NCBI GenBank assembly: GCA_019056785.1
Contig: DXJV01000025.1
Span: 58,207 to 82,206 of the forward strand
Direction: 5' to 3'
Length of the DNA stretch: 24,000 nucleotides
Origin: Candidatus Heimdallarchaeota archaeon
GTDB lineage: Archaea > Asgardarchaeota > Heimdallarchaeia > JABLTI01
Shown: in pieces, positions 8,402-18,063 of the stretch
Layout of the letters: every line of letters starts with the position of its first letter
How positions within the stretch are numbered: position 1 is the first letter of the stretch
The notes under the pieces: model-generated
The model's database searches: none
What the model was told of the DNA's origin: nothing
The model's input: the letters and a program-made list of their open reading frames with translations, nothing else
Position numbers and translations under genes: made by a program

Positions 8402-11047
8402 ATGAAATACGAATTTGGTCGCTCCCCTTGTCATTATCTTCAAACGGTTCTTGAAAAATTGGCTGATCTTAATAGCACAATTGTAGATCCACATGATCGA
8501 GCATTACTAGCACGTGCAAATATGCTTGCATATGAAATTACGGACCATAAACAATATGCAACCAATGCCCGCCGGTTAGGGAAAGAAATTTTGAGAGACA
8601 TCTTAACAAAGGAAAGTTATATTCCGAAAGAAAATGAATTAAAATTACTCTATCTGTTGCAGAAACAAGGGTCTATCACTCTCGATGAGAGTCAAATCGA
8701 TAGATTACTGGAACTCCAGGAAAATTGGCCGGACCCAGATGATAGAATTAGCGCATTATTAGTGGCCTATAATCTATCTCTCGAAAAAACCGAATTGAAA
8801 GAAAAAATTTATGCACTTCTTGAATCTTTACCCTTTGAAGAACGATTGTGGCCATATGCAACAGCCTACATAATGTCTAATCGTGAAATCGAGTTGCCGG
8901 CAAACATTATTGAAATTGCACGGAAAATATCTGGGACAAACAATACTGCAGCGTATCTGGATAAGGTCATCTGGATCAAGTCAATGTATGACCCGGACTT
9001 TGGGCCGCGTAATGTAGAAGCCCGAAAAGAAATCGCAGAAGAAATTGCGCAATGCGATGAGCCTCGAGATTTATTGTTTGTTTTAGGGTTTATCAGAAAC
9101 GAAAATGTTTTGGAAAACATTCAAAGAGATATAGATGAAATTAGTAGTAGCCTTAAGGATTTCTCACCTAAAATAAACCTTCCTATTAATGCCCGTCAAT
9201 CGCCCACACAAGATGCAATTATCTTAGGGCGGAAAGGTTCTGTAATTAAAGACATCGGTTGCCAGGGAACACTCTATCTTGGACGGATTTCAGAAAAAGG
9301 CGCCCACGGCCTTTATGGTAAGAAAGTACTTGTTGATGCAGGTTACCCACATATATTCTTCATCAGCGGCCATCGTGGCTCAGGAAAAAGCTATACACTT
9401 GGTGTTATTGCAGAAGAATTAGCAAAAGCAAAGCTGGGTGTAGGAACAATCATCATTGACCCGATAGGCGTTTTTTGGGCACTGAAAAAGCAAAACAGCG
9501 ATGAAGGAGAGAATTTGCTTCTCCAACAATGGGGATTAAAGCCAGAAACAATAGACAATGTTGAAGTATTCACCCCTATCGGCATTTTCGAGAAATTTGG
9601 TGACGAAACGATAGATTCACCTTTTGCCCTGAAACCATCAGACCTTCATATTGAAGATTGGTGCCGCACCTTTGACATCGACCGGTATGAGATTCGTGGA
9701 ACTGTTTTAGAGAAAGCTCTAAAAATAGTAGCCAGGGAAAAGTCAGACTTTTCAATTGACGATATTATCGCTGCATTAGATGATCCAGCAATTACTAATA
9801 CTTATCGAAGTGACTCCATTCAAGCCATTCGATCCCGTATGGAAGCGGCAAAGGAATGGGGCATTTTCTCAGGAAAGGGTACACCACTTTCAAGGTTAAG
9901 CTCACCAAATAAAATTTCAGTCCTTGACATTAGCAACCCGCGGATTGGTGATAGCCTTCGTGCTTTGTTGGTTGGTATCATTGCCCGTAAAATCCTCGAA
10001 GCACGCATACGTTCTTCTCGGGGGGAAATGTTCGAAGTGTCTGGAGAAGAAGATGGCTCAATTCCAGTCACATGGCTGCTTATTGATGAAGCACATGTTT
10101 TAGTGCCAGCGAATAAGAAAACAGCGGCTTCAGACCCCTTAATTGAGTATGCAAAGCAAGGAAGAAAACCGGGTTGCGCCCTCGTGCTTGTTACACAACA
10201 ACCATCTGCCATGCATAAGGATATTATGAGCCAAATTGATGTAATGATAACCCACCTTTTGACTTTTGATGATGATATTCGAGCTTTTCTTAAACGAGTG
10301 CCAGCTTCTGTCCCGGACCAATTTGAAGATTCGGACTTTATCAGAAGCATGCCTACAGGAGTAGGAATGATTTCTGACCAGTTAACACAAAACCGCAGTT
10401 TTATAGTGAAAATTCGCCCCCGAGTCTCACTCCATGCAGGAAGAGAAGCATTACCTAAATCACTCCGAAGAAAAATACGCGCCAAACATGGTGGAGAAGT
10501 GGCTTTTGGGAAGCGAGATGTCTTAGTGGCAACAGCAATCAGTGAAGAGTCTCAACCCGACGAGAAACCCTCGAGCATCCCGGAACCCGTCCCAGAAAAA
10601 CCAAAAGTAAAGCAACCAGTAAAAGCAAAAAGAAAACATCCAGCAAAAGCAATTGATTTGCCCATACCTGAACCATCAAAATTACCCGAAAAAATGATTC
10701 TGAACATTTTAGAAAGAAAACTCGAATATGGACACAATACATTCCTCTTTGATGGCTCAAAATCAGTGCGCTTCGATAAACTCCAGCGCTCGGGGTTCTT
10801 AAGTGGCTCTATCGAAGAAAACTTGCCCCCAATCATTGCTGAGCTGGAAAGAATTGGTTGGGAAATAAAGGCAATTGTCCCTGAAAAAACCTTCGTCGTT
10901 ATTCTCATGCAGCTAGAATCAGCCTCATTGGGTATTTCATATGCCATATTTAAAGGCGACACCGCCCTCTCATTCATTGTTGTTGCAAAAGAGCGGTTCA
11001 AGAAGAGTATCTACGACAAAATCTTCAATTTAAAACAAAGTAGGTGA
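8402..11047 (+). CDS. HerA/FtsK-superfamily (DUF87-type) P-loop ATPase with N-terminal helical extension and distinct C-terminal domain
   Basis: 881-aa ORF with ATG start. Walker A GHRGSGKSYTLGVIAEELA, IIIDPIGVFWAL, KISVLDISNPRIGDSLRALLVGIIARKI, Walker B TWLLIDEAHVLVP, then GRKPGCALVLVTQQPSAMHKDIMSQIDVMITHLLTFDDDI, the typical HerA-like layout. Confidence 0.88.
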   Translation: MKYEFGRSPCHYLQTVLEKLADLNSTIVDPHDRALLARANMLAYEITDHKQYATNARRLGKEILRDILTKESYIPKENELKLLYLLQKQGSITLDESQIDRLLELQENWPDPDDRISALLVAYNLSLEKTELKEKIYALLESLPFEERLWPYATAYIMSNREIELPANIIEIARKISGTNNTAAYLDKVIWIKSMYDPDFGPRNVEARKEIAEEIAQCDEPRDLLFVLGFIRNENVLENIQRDIDEISSSLKDFSPKINLPINARQSPTQDAIILGRKGSVIKDIGCQGTLYLGRISEKGAHGLYGKKVLVDAGYPHIFFISGHRGSGKSYTLGVIAEELAKAKLGVGTIIIDPIGVFWALKKQNSDEGENLLLQQWGLKPETIDNVEVFTPIGIFEKFGDETIDSPFALKPSDLHIEDWCRTFDIDRYEIRGTVLEKALKIVAREKSDFSIDDIIAALDDPAITNTYRSDSIQAIRSRMEAAKEWGIFSGKGTPLSRLSSPNKISVLDISNPRIGDSLRALLVGIIARKILEARIRSSRGEMFEVSGEEDGSIPVTWLLIDEAHVLVPANKKTAASDPLIEYAKQGRKPGCALVLVTQQPSAMHKDIMSQIDVMITHLLTFDDDIRAFLKRVPASVPDQFEDSDFIRSMPTGVGMISDQLTQNRSFIVKIRPRVSLHAGREALPKSLRRKIRAKHGGEVAFGKRDVLVATAISEESQPDEKPSSIPEPVPEKPKVKQPVKAKRKHPAKAIDLPIPEPSKLPEKMILNILERKLEYGHNTFLFDGSKSVRFDKLQRSGFLSGSIEENLPPIIAELERIGWEIKAIVPEKTFVVILMQLESASLGISYAIFKGDTALSFIVVAKERFKKSIYDKIFNLKQSR

Positions 11048-11134
11048 AGAAGAATCGCAAAAAAGAAAGAGCCTAAGTGGTTTGGAACGTTCTTCACGGA
11101 AAACCAACCACTCTTCCGAAAGCTCTTTGAGCAG

Positions 11135-12163
11135 GTGATTTGGCCGATAATTAACCCACTCATCTCAAAAGCAGAAGCATCAAACATAACAGTAGAAGAA
11201 CTGACAAAAGAGCTGAAAGAGGGCATCTGGAAGATCTTTTTCCAAACCTTGCAATTGAATAGAAATAAAGAAGAAGAAACAGCAATTGCCAACCAGCTCA
11301 AAAAACTGGCAAATGAAAATATAATAGATTTCGTTCTAGACCTTATAAAAGATTTTTCTTTCAGCTTTCATGAAGACTTCACAGAGGGTGTCAGCCCAGA
11401 AGAAGTAACAGAATCACTAGAGCAATTCATAAACCAACAAGTCATCATCGAATGGATCGATTATCTCGTTGAGTTCTCCATTACCCCCTTGTTAATTCTC
11501 TCATTAAAAGAGCCATATAAAATCAAAAAGGGGAAAGAAATTATTACAAGGATCTTTTTAGCGATAGTCCAGGGATTGATAGGAAAAGAAGAAGCAGAAA
11601 CACAATTACAAACAGTTTTAACCAACGAATTGCAAGTACCGGAAGAACCGCTCCGATTCGTGAGCGCAATGGCTCGAACAATAGCAAGGGGAATGGAAAA
11701 GTTTGGACTCACCGGTTTAGCAAAAATTGCAGAAGAAACGCTCAAAGAAAAGAAAGAAATAACAATACAACGAAAATACACCAATGTTCGACAGGCTGCA
11801 AAAGAAATCATTTTCGACCGAGAGAAAGTAATGGAAGAATGGGAAAAGAATATTTTACAACCAGCAACAATAGGACTACGGATGGCCGGTAAAGAGCGAT
11901 ATAAAGGATTCATTACCAGCTGTAAAAAGAATTTTGAATTGTTTCTTGACCAATTGCTCTCGGCGAGCGATTTTGAAAAAAGAGTCGATAAAGAGTTGCG
12001 AAAGTTCGGCGGCAAAGAAGAAGAATTAATGCAACCGATTCGAGACTCCATAGTAAGCTCAGTTAAATTTCTCGAACTCGCACGAATTGATGACCCTACA
12101 CTTAACTTATTAATGATGATCATCGATGAGGAACGTGAAATTACAAAAAGAAACTGCACCTAA
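11135..12163 (+). CDS. Uncharacterised helical protein, likely co-transcribed with the upstream ATPase
   Basis: 342-aa ORF from GTG 11135. The same frame is open upstream to TGA 11045 and encodes a coding-like stretch (RRIAKKKEPKWFGTFFTENQPLFRKLFEQ), so the true start is probably upstream (see finding). Confidence 0.75.
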   Translation: MIWPIINPLISKAEASNITVEELTKELKEGIWKIFFQTLQLNRNKEEETAIANQLKKLANENIIDFVLDLIKDFSFSFHEDFTEGVSPEEVTESLEQFINQQVIIEWIDYLVEFSITPLLILSLKEPYKIKKGKEIITRIFLAIVQGLIGKEEAETQLQTVLTNELQVPEEPLRFVSAMARTIARGMEKFGLTGLAKIAEETLKEKKEITIQRKYTNVRQAAKEIIFDREKVMEEWEKNILQPATIGLRMAGKERYKGFITSCKKNFELFLDQLLSASDFEKRVDKELRKFGGKEEELMQPIRDSIVSSVKFLELARIDDPTLNLLMMIIDEEREITKRNCT

Positions 12164-12860
12164 CTTTAAGCGAATTTTTGTTGCTTACTGTGCCAGTAAG
12201 AAAATAACAATGCGAAAAACATTCCCTTTTATGATGTCTTTTTCAACCACTTGAGGAAGGGTGTTTTTTTGATGGGATTTCTAGCCAAGGAAATCGATTC
12301 TACAAAACAGTAATCTACAAGTTCGTTTTTCTGATTTATTATCTCAGCCATCAAAATCACCAGGAAGCGTTTCCCGACAGGGAATTCTGACTGTTTTCAT
12401 TAAAACCCAAACTCCTATTTGGAAGAATAGTTTCTTTACTCAACTAAAATATATTTCAACAAAGCTTGAAACGGCAACAGTAACTAGAAAGTGAAAACTT
12501 CCTCTTGCACCACGAGTAATAAAAGCAAATTACATGGAGGAGAGGGCATTAAAAAGTGCCATAAGAACACATTTATTATTGATGGTGAAACTAGCTATTA
12601 ATGAATCCTATATGGGAACATTAAAAATTGTGAATAACAGAATAATCATAAAGAAAGATTCAGTATCGGTAAGGAAAAAGGAAGAACCTTATCCAACTAA
12701 AGATGCTGAATAAAAGCATCTACTGATCCCCCTCAGGAGCGAGGCTGACTGAACGAGCACAGCCACCTCAGGAAGCAAAAAAAACTCAGAGAGCGGGGAG
12801 AAGAACCCAAAAATTCAAATAAAATTATTGTTGAAAAAAAATGAAAGGTTGGTTATAAGA

Positions 12861-13529
12861 ATGCCCAAAATCAAGAATTGGCTTTTTGGCAAAGAGAAGC
12901 CTAAGGACACCGAAAGTATTGCTAAGATTCGCCGTGTCATTAATAAGTATACTTTACAGTCTCGTCGTCTTTCCCAGCAAGCAGATGAGCAGAAAGATCT
13001 TGCTAAGGAGATGATGAAGAGCGGCAACAAGGCTGGCGCCAAGCAAGCTTTGATGCGTCGTCAGCTTTATCTTAAAAAACTCAACGAGACTCAGAACAAG
13101 ATTTTAAATTTACAAGGTATGATCGAATCCATTTCCGAAGCAAAAGATGTTGCTGAAACTACAAAAGCCATTCAGGAAGGTGTCACTGTTATTGAAGATA
13201 CCTTAAAAGATGTCTCTCCTGCGGACACCGAGCGCGCCATGCTTGAAATGCAGTCCTCTATGGAGAAGGTTTCCTTTGCATCTGAAGCATTAGCTGATAC
13301 CTCCTTCTCCGAAACCGAGCTCGATATTGATATGGAAGATGCTATTGATCAAGAGATGAAAGAGCTCGAGATGGAGCTTTCCCTTGGTCAAGTGGAAGAG
13401 CTTCCGGATGTTTCCACTACAACACCTATTAAAACAACTCCTCAAAAAGAGAGAAAAGAAAAAGACGAAGTTAGTGAGGAGATATCCGAACTCCGGAAAA
13501 AGATCGAACGCGAACGCAGCGGCGCATGA
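12861..13529 (+). CDS. ESCRT-III / Snf7 (CHMP-like) family protein
   Basis: ATG 12861: MPKIKNWLFGKEKPKDTESIAKIRRVINKYTLQSRRLSQQADEQKDLAKEMMKSGNKAGAKQALMRRQLYLKKLNETQNKILNLQGMIESISEAKDVAETTKAIQEGVTVIEDTLKDVSPADTERAMLEMQSSMEKV. Shows the Snf7 layout: basic helix 1-2 hairpin, helix 3 with the K..A...L.R...Y.k.L pattern, then an acidic C-terminal half ending in a charged terminal helix. Confidence 0.9.
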   Translation: MPKIKNWLFGKEKPKDTESIAKIRRVINKYTLQSRRLSQQADEQKDLAKEMMKSGNKAGAKQALMRRQLYLKKLNETQNKILNLQGMIESISEAKDVAETTKAIQEGVTVIEDTLKDVSPADTERAMLEMQSSMEKVSFASEALADTSFSETELDIDMEDAIDQEMKELEMELSLGQVEELPDVSTTTPIKTTPQKERKEKDEVSEEISELRKKIERERSGA

Positions 13530-13545
13530 AACCCGCTGTTAACAC

Positions 13546-13574
13546 GCGATAGCACCCTTTGTTCTTGCTATCGC
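13546..13574. terminator. Inverted repeat in the convergent intergenic gap, possible bidirectional terminator
   Basis: Perfect 9-bp arms GCGATAGCA (13546..13554) and TGCTATCGC (13566..13574), 11-nt loop, followed by T-rich CCTTTTGCTTTTTCTTTTTAG. Lies between the convergent ESCRT-III and winged-helix genes. Confidence 0.5.
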
Positions 13575-13591
13575 CCTTTTGCTTTTTCTTT

Positions 13592-13864
13592 TTAGTCTTC
13601 TCCCACAGCCATATAAACCATATCGTCTTTGATCGCTTCAATGCGTCGTTTATTTTTTGTTATAAATTGGACATGGACGATGCCCCGGATCTCGAGTTCC
13701 ATTAACGCCTCGTTTATCTCTGTCTTGGACACCTCGCCAAATTCCATGGACAAGATCTTGATAAGCTCATCATCTATGAGCACTCCTTGACGCTTCTCAA
13801 TTGCCATCAATATTGCAGTAGATAGTGGCATTGTCTTCCAAATGGCTTTTTTTTCTTTGGACAT
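13592..13864 (-). CDS. Small (90 aa) putative winged helix-turn-helix protein
   Basis: MSKEKKAIWKTMPLSTAILMAIEKRQGVLIDDELIKILSMEFGEVSKTEINEALMELEIRGIVHVQFITKNKRRIEAIKDDMVYMAVGED: three helices followed by a beta-wing-like segment (ALMELEIRGIVHVQFI...). Confidence 0.6.
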   Translation of the reverse strand: MSKEKKAIWKTMPLSTAILMAIEKRQGVLIDDELIKILSMEFGEVSKTEINEALMELEIRGIVHVQFITKNKRRIEAIKDDMVYMAVGED

Positions 13865-14037
13865 CGCAAAGTAAAACTCCTTATGAAACTCATTCTAATG
13901 AAAAGATAGGAAAATTCCTCATATCCTTTTTTATTTGTCCTATTTTAAAAGCTTATGGATGATGTTTAGTTTCTGTTACAAAAAGAAAAGAAGAGGAAAA
14001 AGAAAGTTCCAGAGAGAGTTCTTTATTGTCATGCCGG

Positions 14038-16230
14038 TTAAATGGTGGTTGGAAGTTGTGAAACTTCAATAGAGGCGCGCTTGAAATTCTCTTTGGCTTT
14101 TTCATAGTACTTCATTGTCTCTGGTGTGATGGAGGCATGCACTTTCTTTCTCGCAAGTTCAAAGTGCTTCAAAGCAACAATTTCACTATTCATATCTTCT
14201 CGCAAGGATAGCATTGCTGCTTCTCTACAGAGTGATTCGATATCTGCACCTGAAAAGCCTTCAATACTCTTTGCTATTTGCTCTAGGTTTACATCGTCTG
14301 CCAAAGGCATGTTTTTAGTGAAGATTTTCAAAATACGCAAGCGTGCTTTTTGATTTGGTGGGGGAACTAAGACATATCTATCGAACCTTCCAGGGCGTAA
14401 CAAGGCAGGGTCGACAATATCAGGCCGATTTGTTGCGGCAATAATAACTACTTGTCTAATCATTTCCAGCCCGTCTATTTCTGTTAAGAGCTGGCTAATC
14501 ACTCGTTCGGTCGTCCCCGAGTCACCAAAACCACTTCCCCGTCGCGGGGCAAGAGCATCGATCTCATCAAAGAAAACAATAGTAGGAGCAGACATTTTCG
14601 CCTTCCGGAATATTTCGCGAACAGCCTTCTCCGATTCACCCACCCATTTGCTCATCACTTCAGGGCCTTTAATACTGATGAAATTCACTTCACTTTCTGT
14701 TGCAACGGCTTTTGCCAAGAGGGTTTTCCCACAACCTGGTGGACCGAAAAGTAATACGCCTCGCGGTGGTTTAATTCCCATGCGTGTGAAGGATTCTTTG
14801 AATTTCAAGGGCCATTCTATCGCCTCCTTCAACTCACGGATTTGAGCATCTAAGCCGCCAATATCTGACCAGCGAATATTAGGTATTTCAGTAAATACTT
14901 CTCGTATAGCAGAGGGTTGTATCTCTTTCATTGCGGCCATTATATCATCTTGAGTGACAATTAACTTATCCAGTAATTCAGGAGTAATGACTTTATCGGC
15001 AAAATCAATATCAGGTAGATAGCGCCTAAGAGCTTTCATTGCAGATTCGCGGCATAAAGCTTGCAAATCCGCCCCAACATAGCCATGGGTTTTTTCAGCA
15101 ATTAAATCGAGATTGACATCCGGTGCTAACGGCATTCCTCGAGAGTGAATGAGAAGTATCTCTCGCCGTCCGTCTCTGTCAGGAACGCCAATTTCAATTT
15201 CCCTGTCAAATCGTCCGGGGCGGCGCAATGCTGGATCAATAGCATTGGGTCGATTCGTTGCGCCAATTACCATTACTTCACCACGAGAAACCATGCCGTC
15301 CATCAGGGCAAGTAATTGAGCAACAACTCGACGTTCAACCTCACCGGTTACATCTGCACGTTTACTGGCAATAGCATCTAATTCATCAATGAAAATAATC
15401 GTAGGAGCCTTAGCATTTGCTTCTTTAAAGATCTGACGTAAACGCTGTTCTGACTCACCGTAAAATTTAGACATGATCTCCGGGCCGTTAATAGTGATGA
15501 AATTTGAGGCACTTTCATTAGCCACAGCTTTTGCGATGAGCGTCTTTCCACAACCTGGTGGTCCATGTAAAAGTACCCCCTTTGGTGGGTCAATACCAAG
15601 CTTCTGGAACAATTCAGGGTGTTTCATTGGTAGCTCAACCATCTCACGGATGCGTCGAATTTGATCACCCAACCCACCGATGTCTTCATAAGAGGTTCGT
15701 GGGAGGTCCTCTTCAGATACTTGAATTGGTTTATCGATGACCTTTAATTCTGTATCCTCAGTTATACGGACAATCCCCTTCGGAGTAGTGGAGGTCACAG
15801 TAAAGGGCAGAGATTTTCCGAGAATGGGAATGAGAACAGTATCATCCTCTGTTAGGGGATAGCCCAATAATTTCCGTTTTACAAAATTCTCGAAGCTATA
15901 ATCAATTGCTACAGGTGTTTGAAATGGTGCCAGAGTGACAATTTTCGCATTTTTTGCGTCGGCTTTTGTAACAGTCACTTTTTCAGAAAGACTGACGCCG
16001 GCATTCTTACGCAGAAGTTTATCCATACGAATTAGCCCAGCATTTTGATCCTCAGGATAGGCCGGCCAGGCAATTGCAGCTGTGACTTTCTTCCCTTTAA
16101 TTTCCACAACATCACCCGTAGTGACATTAATTTGTCTCATTGAGAGACCATCAATTCGGACTTTTTGGCGGCCGATATCCCGTTGCCTAGCTTCAGCAAC
16201 TTTGAGGGTAATACTTGGTTTAGTAGGCAT
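14038..16230 (-). CDS. Cdc48/VAT (p97-type) AAA+ ATPase with two AAA domains
   Basis: N-terminal double-psi barrel-like domain ([40 protein letters not shown]). D1 [22 protein letters not shown] and [14 protein letters not shown]; D2 [54 protein letters not shown] and [18 protein letters not shown] at 16230 preferred over the track's TTG at 16239. Confidence 0.96.
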   Translation of the reverse strand: MPTKPSITLKVAEARQRDIGRQKVRIDGLSMRQINVTTGDVVEIKGKKVTAAIAWPAYPEDQNAGLIRMDKLLRKNAGVSLSEKVTVTKADAKNAKIVTLAPFQTPVAIDYSFENFVKRKLLGYPLTEDDTVLIPILGKSLPFTVTSTTPKGIVRITEDTELKVIDKPIQVSEEDLPRTSYEDIGGLGDQIRRIREMVELPMKHPELFQKLGIDPPKGVLLHGPPGCGKTLIAKAVANESASNFITINGPEIMSKFYGESEQRLRQIFKEANAKAPTIIFIDELDAIASKRADVTGEVERRVVAQLLALMDGMVSRGEVMVIGATNRPNAIDPALRRPGRFDREIEIGVPDRDGRREILLIHSRGMPLAPDVNLDLIAEKTHGYVGADLQALCRESAMKALRRYLPDIDFADKVITPELLDKLIVTQDDIMAAMKEIQPSAIREVFTEIPNIRWSDIGGLDAQIRELKEAIEWPLKFKESFTRMGIKPPRGVLLFGPPGCGKTLLAKAVATESEVNFISIKGPEVMSKWVGESEKAVREIFRKAKMSAPTIVFFDEIDALAPRRGSGFGDSGTTERVISQLLTEIDGLEMIRQVVIIAATNRPDIVDPALLRPGRFDRYVLVPPPNQKARLRILKIFTKNMPLADDVNLEQIAKSIEGFSGADIESLCREAAMLSLREDMNSEIVALKHFELARKKVHASITPETMKYYEKAKENFKRASIEVSQLPTTI

Positions 16231-16399
16231 AATTCTCAACCTCTGTCAATAGAATTTAAGCGGGTAGCTTTCTGCTTTAAATATTTTTGGCTGTTCATTT
16301 ACTATTTCAAGTTTTGCTTTTCTTTACAAAAATTGAGCTTAGAGAATTATTAAAGACTCGTTTGTGGGCAAAAACAAAGAAAAAAGAAAAAACAAACCC

Positions 16400-17848
16400 T
16401 TAGGTCTTGTGTTTCCAGACTGTTCCTTTTGGTGTATCCTCGAGAATGACATCCAATTTTGCCAGACGATCCCTGATCATATCACTGGTTTCAAAGTCTT
16501 TTCGTTTCCGGGCAGCATTACGGATTTCAATGAGAAAATTGAGAAGCTCATCTGTGAGTTTATCGCCTTGTAAGGCTGCGTCTTTTAGAGAAAGCTTTTC
16601 GAAAAGGCCAAAGGTGCCCAGCAATGTTTTATAAATCGTGAAGGCTTCTTGGAGAACGCCAGGATTGATGTCTCCTTCTAGATATTTATTTAATGACTTC
16701 GCAAGTTCGTGAATGATTTTTAATCCTTTTGGGGTATCAAAGTTATTATCCATAACTTGTTCGAATTCGTTCTTTAGCGCATGAGCCTTGGTTAAGAGCG
16801 CTTCTTCTTGCTCAGAAAAGGGCGATGCGATGGTTGGTTCTCTTAAAACAGCCAGGACATTTTCAAGGGTATTGCGCAACTTTTCAACGCTATTTTTTGC
16901 ACTGATAAGCTTATCCTCAGAAAAGACGAGTAAGGCGTCATAGCGTGTCGAAAGATAAAGATAGCGTATAGTATCGGGTTCAAAAGACGACATAAGCTGA
17001 TGTAGAGCTGTGACATTCCCAAGTGACTTTGACATCTTTTCTTCTTTTATGCTTAGAAATTCACCATGTATCCAATAATGAACAAAAGGTTTCCCTGTAA
17101 TGGCTTCTGCTTGGGCAATTTCGTTTGTATGGTGTGGAAACTTCAAATCCACAGCACCGGTATGAATATCAAACGTTTCACCAAGATATTTCATTGACAT
17201 AACAGAACATTCAATATGCCAGCCAGGGCGCCCTTTCCCCCAAGGGCTTTCATAATATATCCCTCGTTTGATCTCTTCTTCTGTACTCTTCTTCCACAAT
17301 GCAAAATCCTGAACGTGTTCTTTATCGTACTCATCTGCTTTCGCTCGTTCACCAACTTTTTGTTTACCTAACTTAAGGTTAACAAGTTGACCGTATTTGT
17401 CGAATTTTTGGATGGCAAAGTATACTCCATCTTCCGTCACATAAGCAAATCCTTTATTCACGAGTTTTTGAATCCAATTGATCATATCTTGGATATGATC
17501 TGTCGCTCGAGGATAGATATGAGCCCGTTTGATATGCAACCAATCTATTCCTTTAAAGAAGATCTTTGTATATTTTTCTGTGAATTCTTTTAAAGTAAGC
17601 CCTTCTTTTGCTGAATCACGAATAGTCTTGTCATCAATATCTGTGATATTCATAACATGAAAGACTTCAAAGCCTTTAAACTCAAAGTAGCGGCGAAGAA
17701 TGTCCGCCATAAAGAAAGTGCGATAGTTACCAATATGGGGAGTTCCATAAACAGTTGGCCCACAAGTGTACATTTTAACCTTCCCTTCAACAAGGGGATG
17801 GAACTCTTCCATTTTATGCGTAAGACTATTTCGAACAATGATAGCCAT
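16400..17848 (-). CDS. cysS: Cysteinyl-tRNA synthetase
   Basis: MAIIVRNSLTHKMEEFHPLVEGKVKMYTCGPTVYGTPHIGNYRTFFMADILRRYFE...NITDIDDKTI; GRPGWHIECSVMSMKYLG; HPIG-like and KMSKSLGN signature motifs. Confidence 0.97.
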   Translation of the reverse strand: MAIIVRNSLTHKMEEFHPLVEGKVKMYTCGPTVYGTPHIGNYRTFFMADILRRYFEFKGFEVFHVMNITDIDDKTIRDSAKEGLTLKEFTEKYTKIFFKGIDWLHIKRAHIYPRATDHIQDMINWIQKLVNKGFAYVTEDGVYFAIQKFDKYGQLVNLKLGKQKVGERAKADEYDKEHVQDFALWKKSTEEEIKRGIYYESPWGKGRPGWHIECSVMSMKYLGETFDIHTGAVDLKFPHHTNEIAQAEAITGKPFVHYWIHGEFLSIKEEKMSKSLGNVTALHQLMSSFEPDTIRYLYLSTRYDALLVFSEDKLISAKNSVEKLRNTLENVLAVLREPTIASPFSEQEEALLTKAHALKNEFEQVMDNNFDTPKGLKIIHELAKSLNKYLEGDINPGVLQEAFTIYKTLLGTFGLFEKLSLKDAALQGDKLTDELLNFLIEIRNAARKRKDFETSDMIRDRLAKLDVILEDTPKGTVWKHKT

Positions 17849-18063
17849 CTTTTTTTCACCGATTTTCCTTTGTTCTTTATACTTCTTTAACTGTGTGCAA
17901 TAGTATTTTAATTTTCATAGTTTGCTAGTCTTATAAAAGGATTTATGCAATATTTGCTTATTTCAGGAGAAAGCATCTTAGTAGAAGAAAGCTCAAGAAG
18001 TAAGTATTATAAATCACAAGTTCTATGAGATAGATAGATTATTTTAATCAACAAACAGGTGAA

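Noticed and set aside
9820-10485. 221-aa minus-strand ORF
   Set aside because: Antisense to the HerA-like ATPase core, whose Walker motifs are unambiguous. No recognisable motif in the antisense product.
11461-12159. 232-aa minus-strand ORF
   Set aside because: Antisense of the 11135..12163 protein; Ser-rich shadow composition typical of antisense of Lys/Glu-rich coding sequence.
12571-12712. Short ORF MVKLAINESYMGTLKIVNNRIIIKKDSVSVRKKEEPYPTKDAE
   Set aside because: Only ~43 codons in an AT-rich intergenic region with no recognised similarity; cannot be distinguished from chance.
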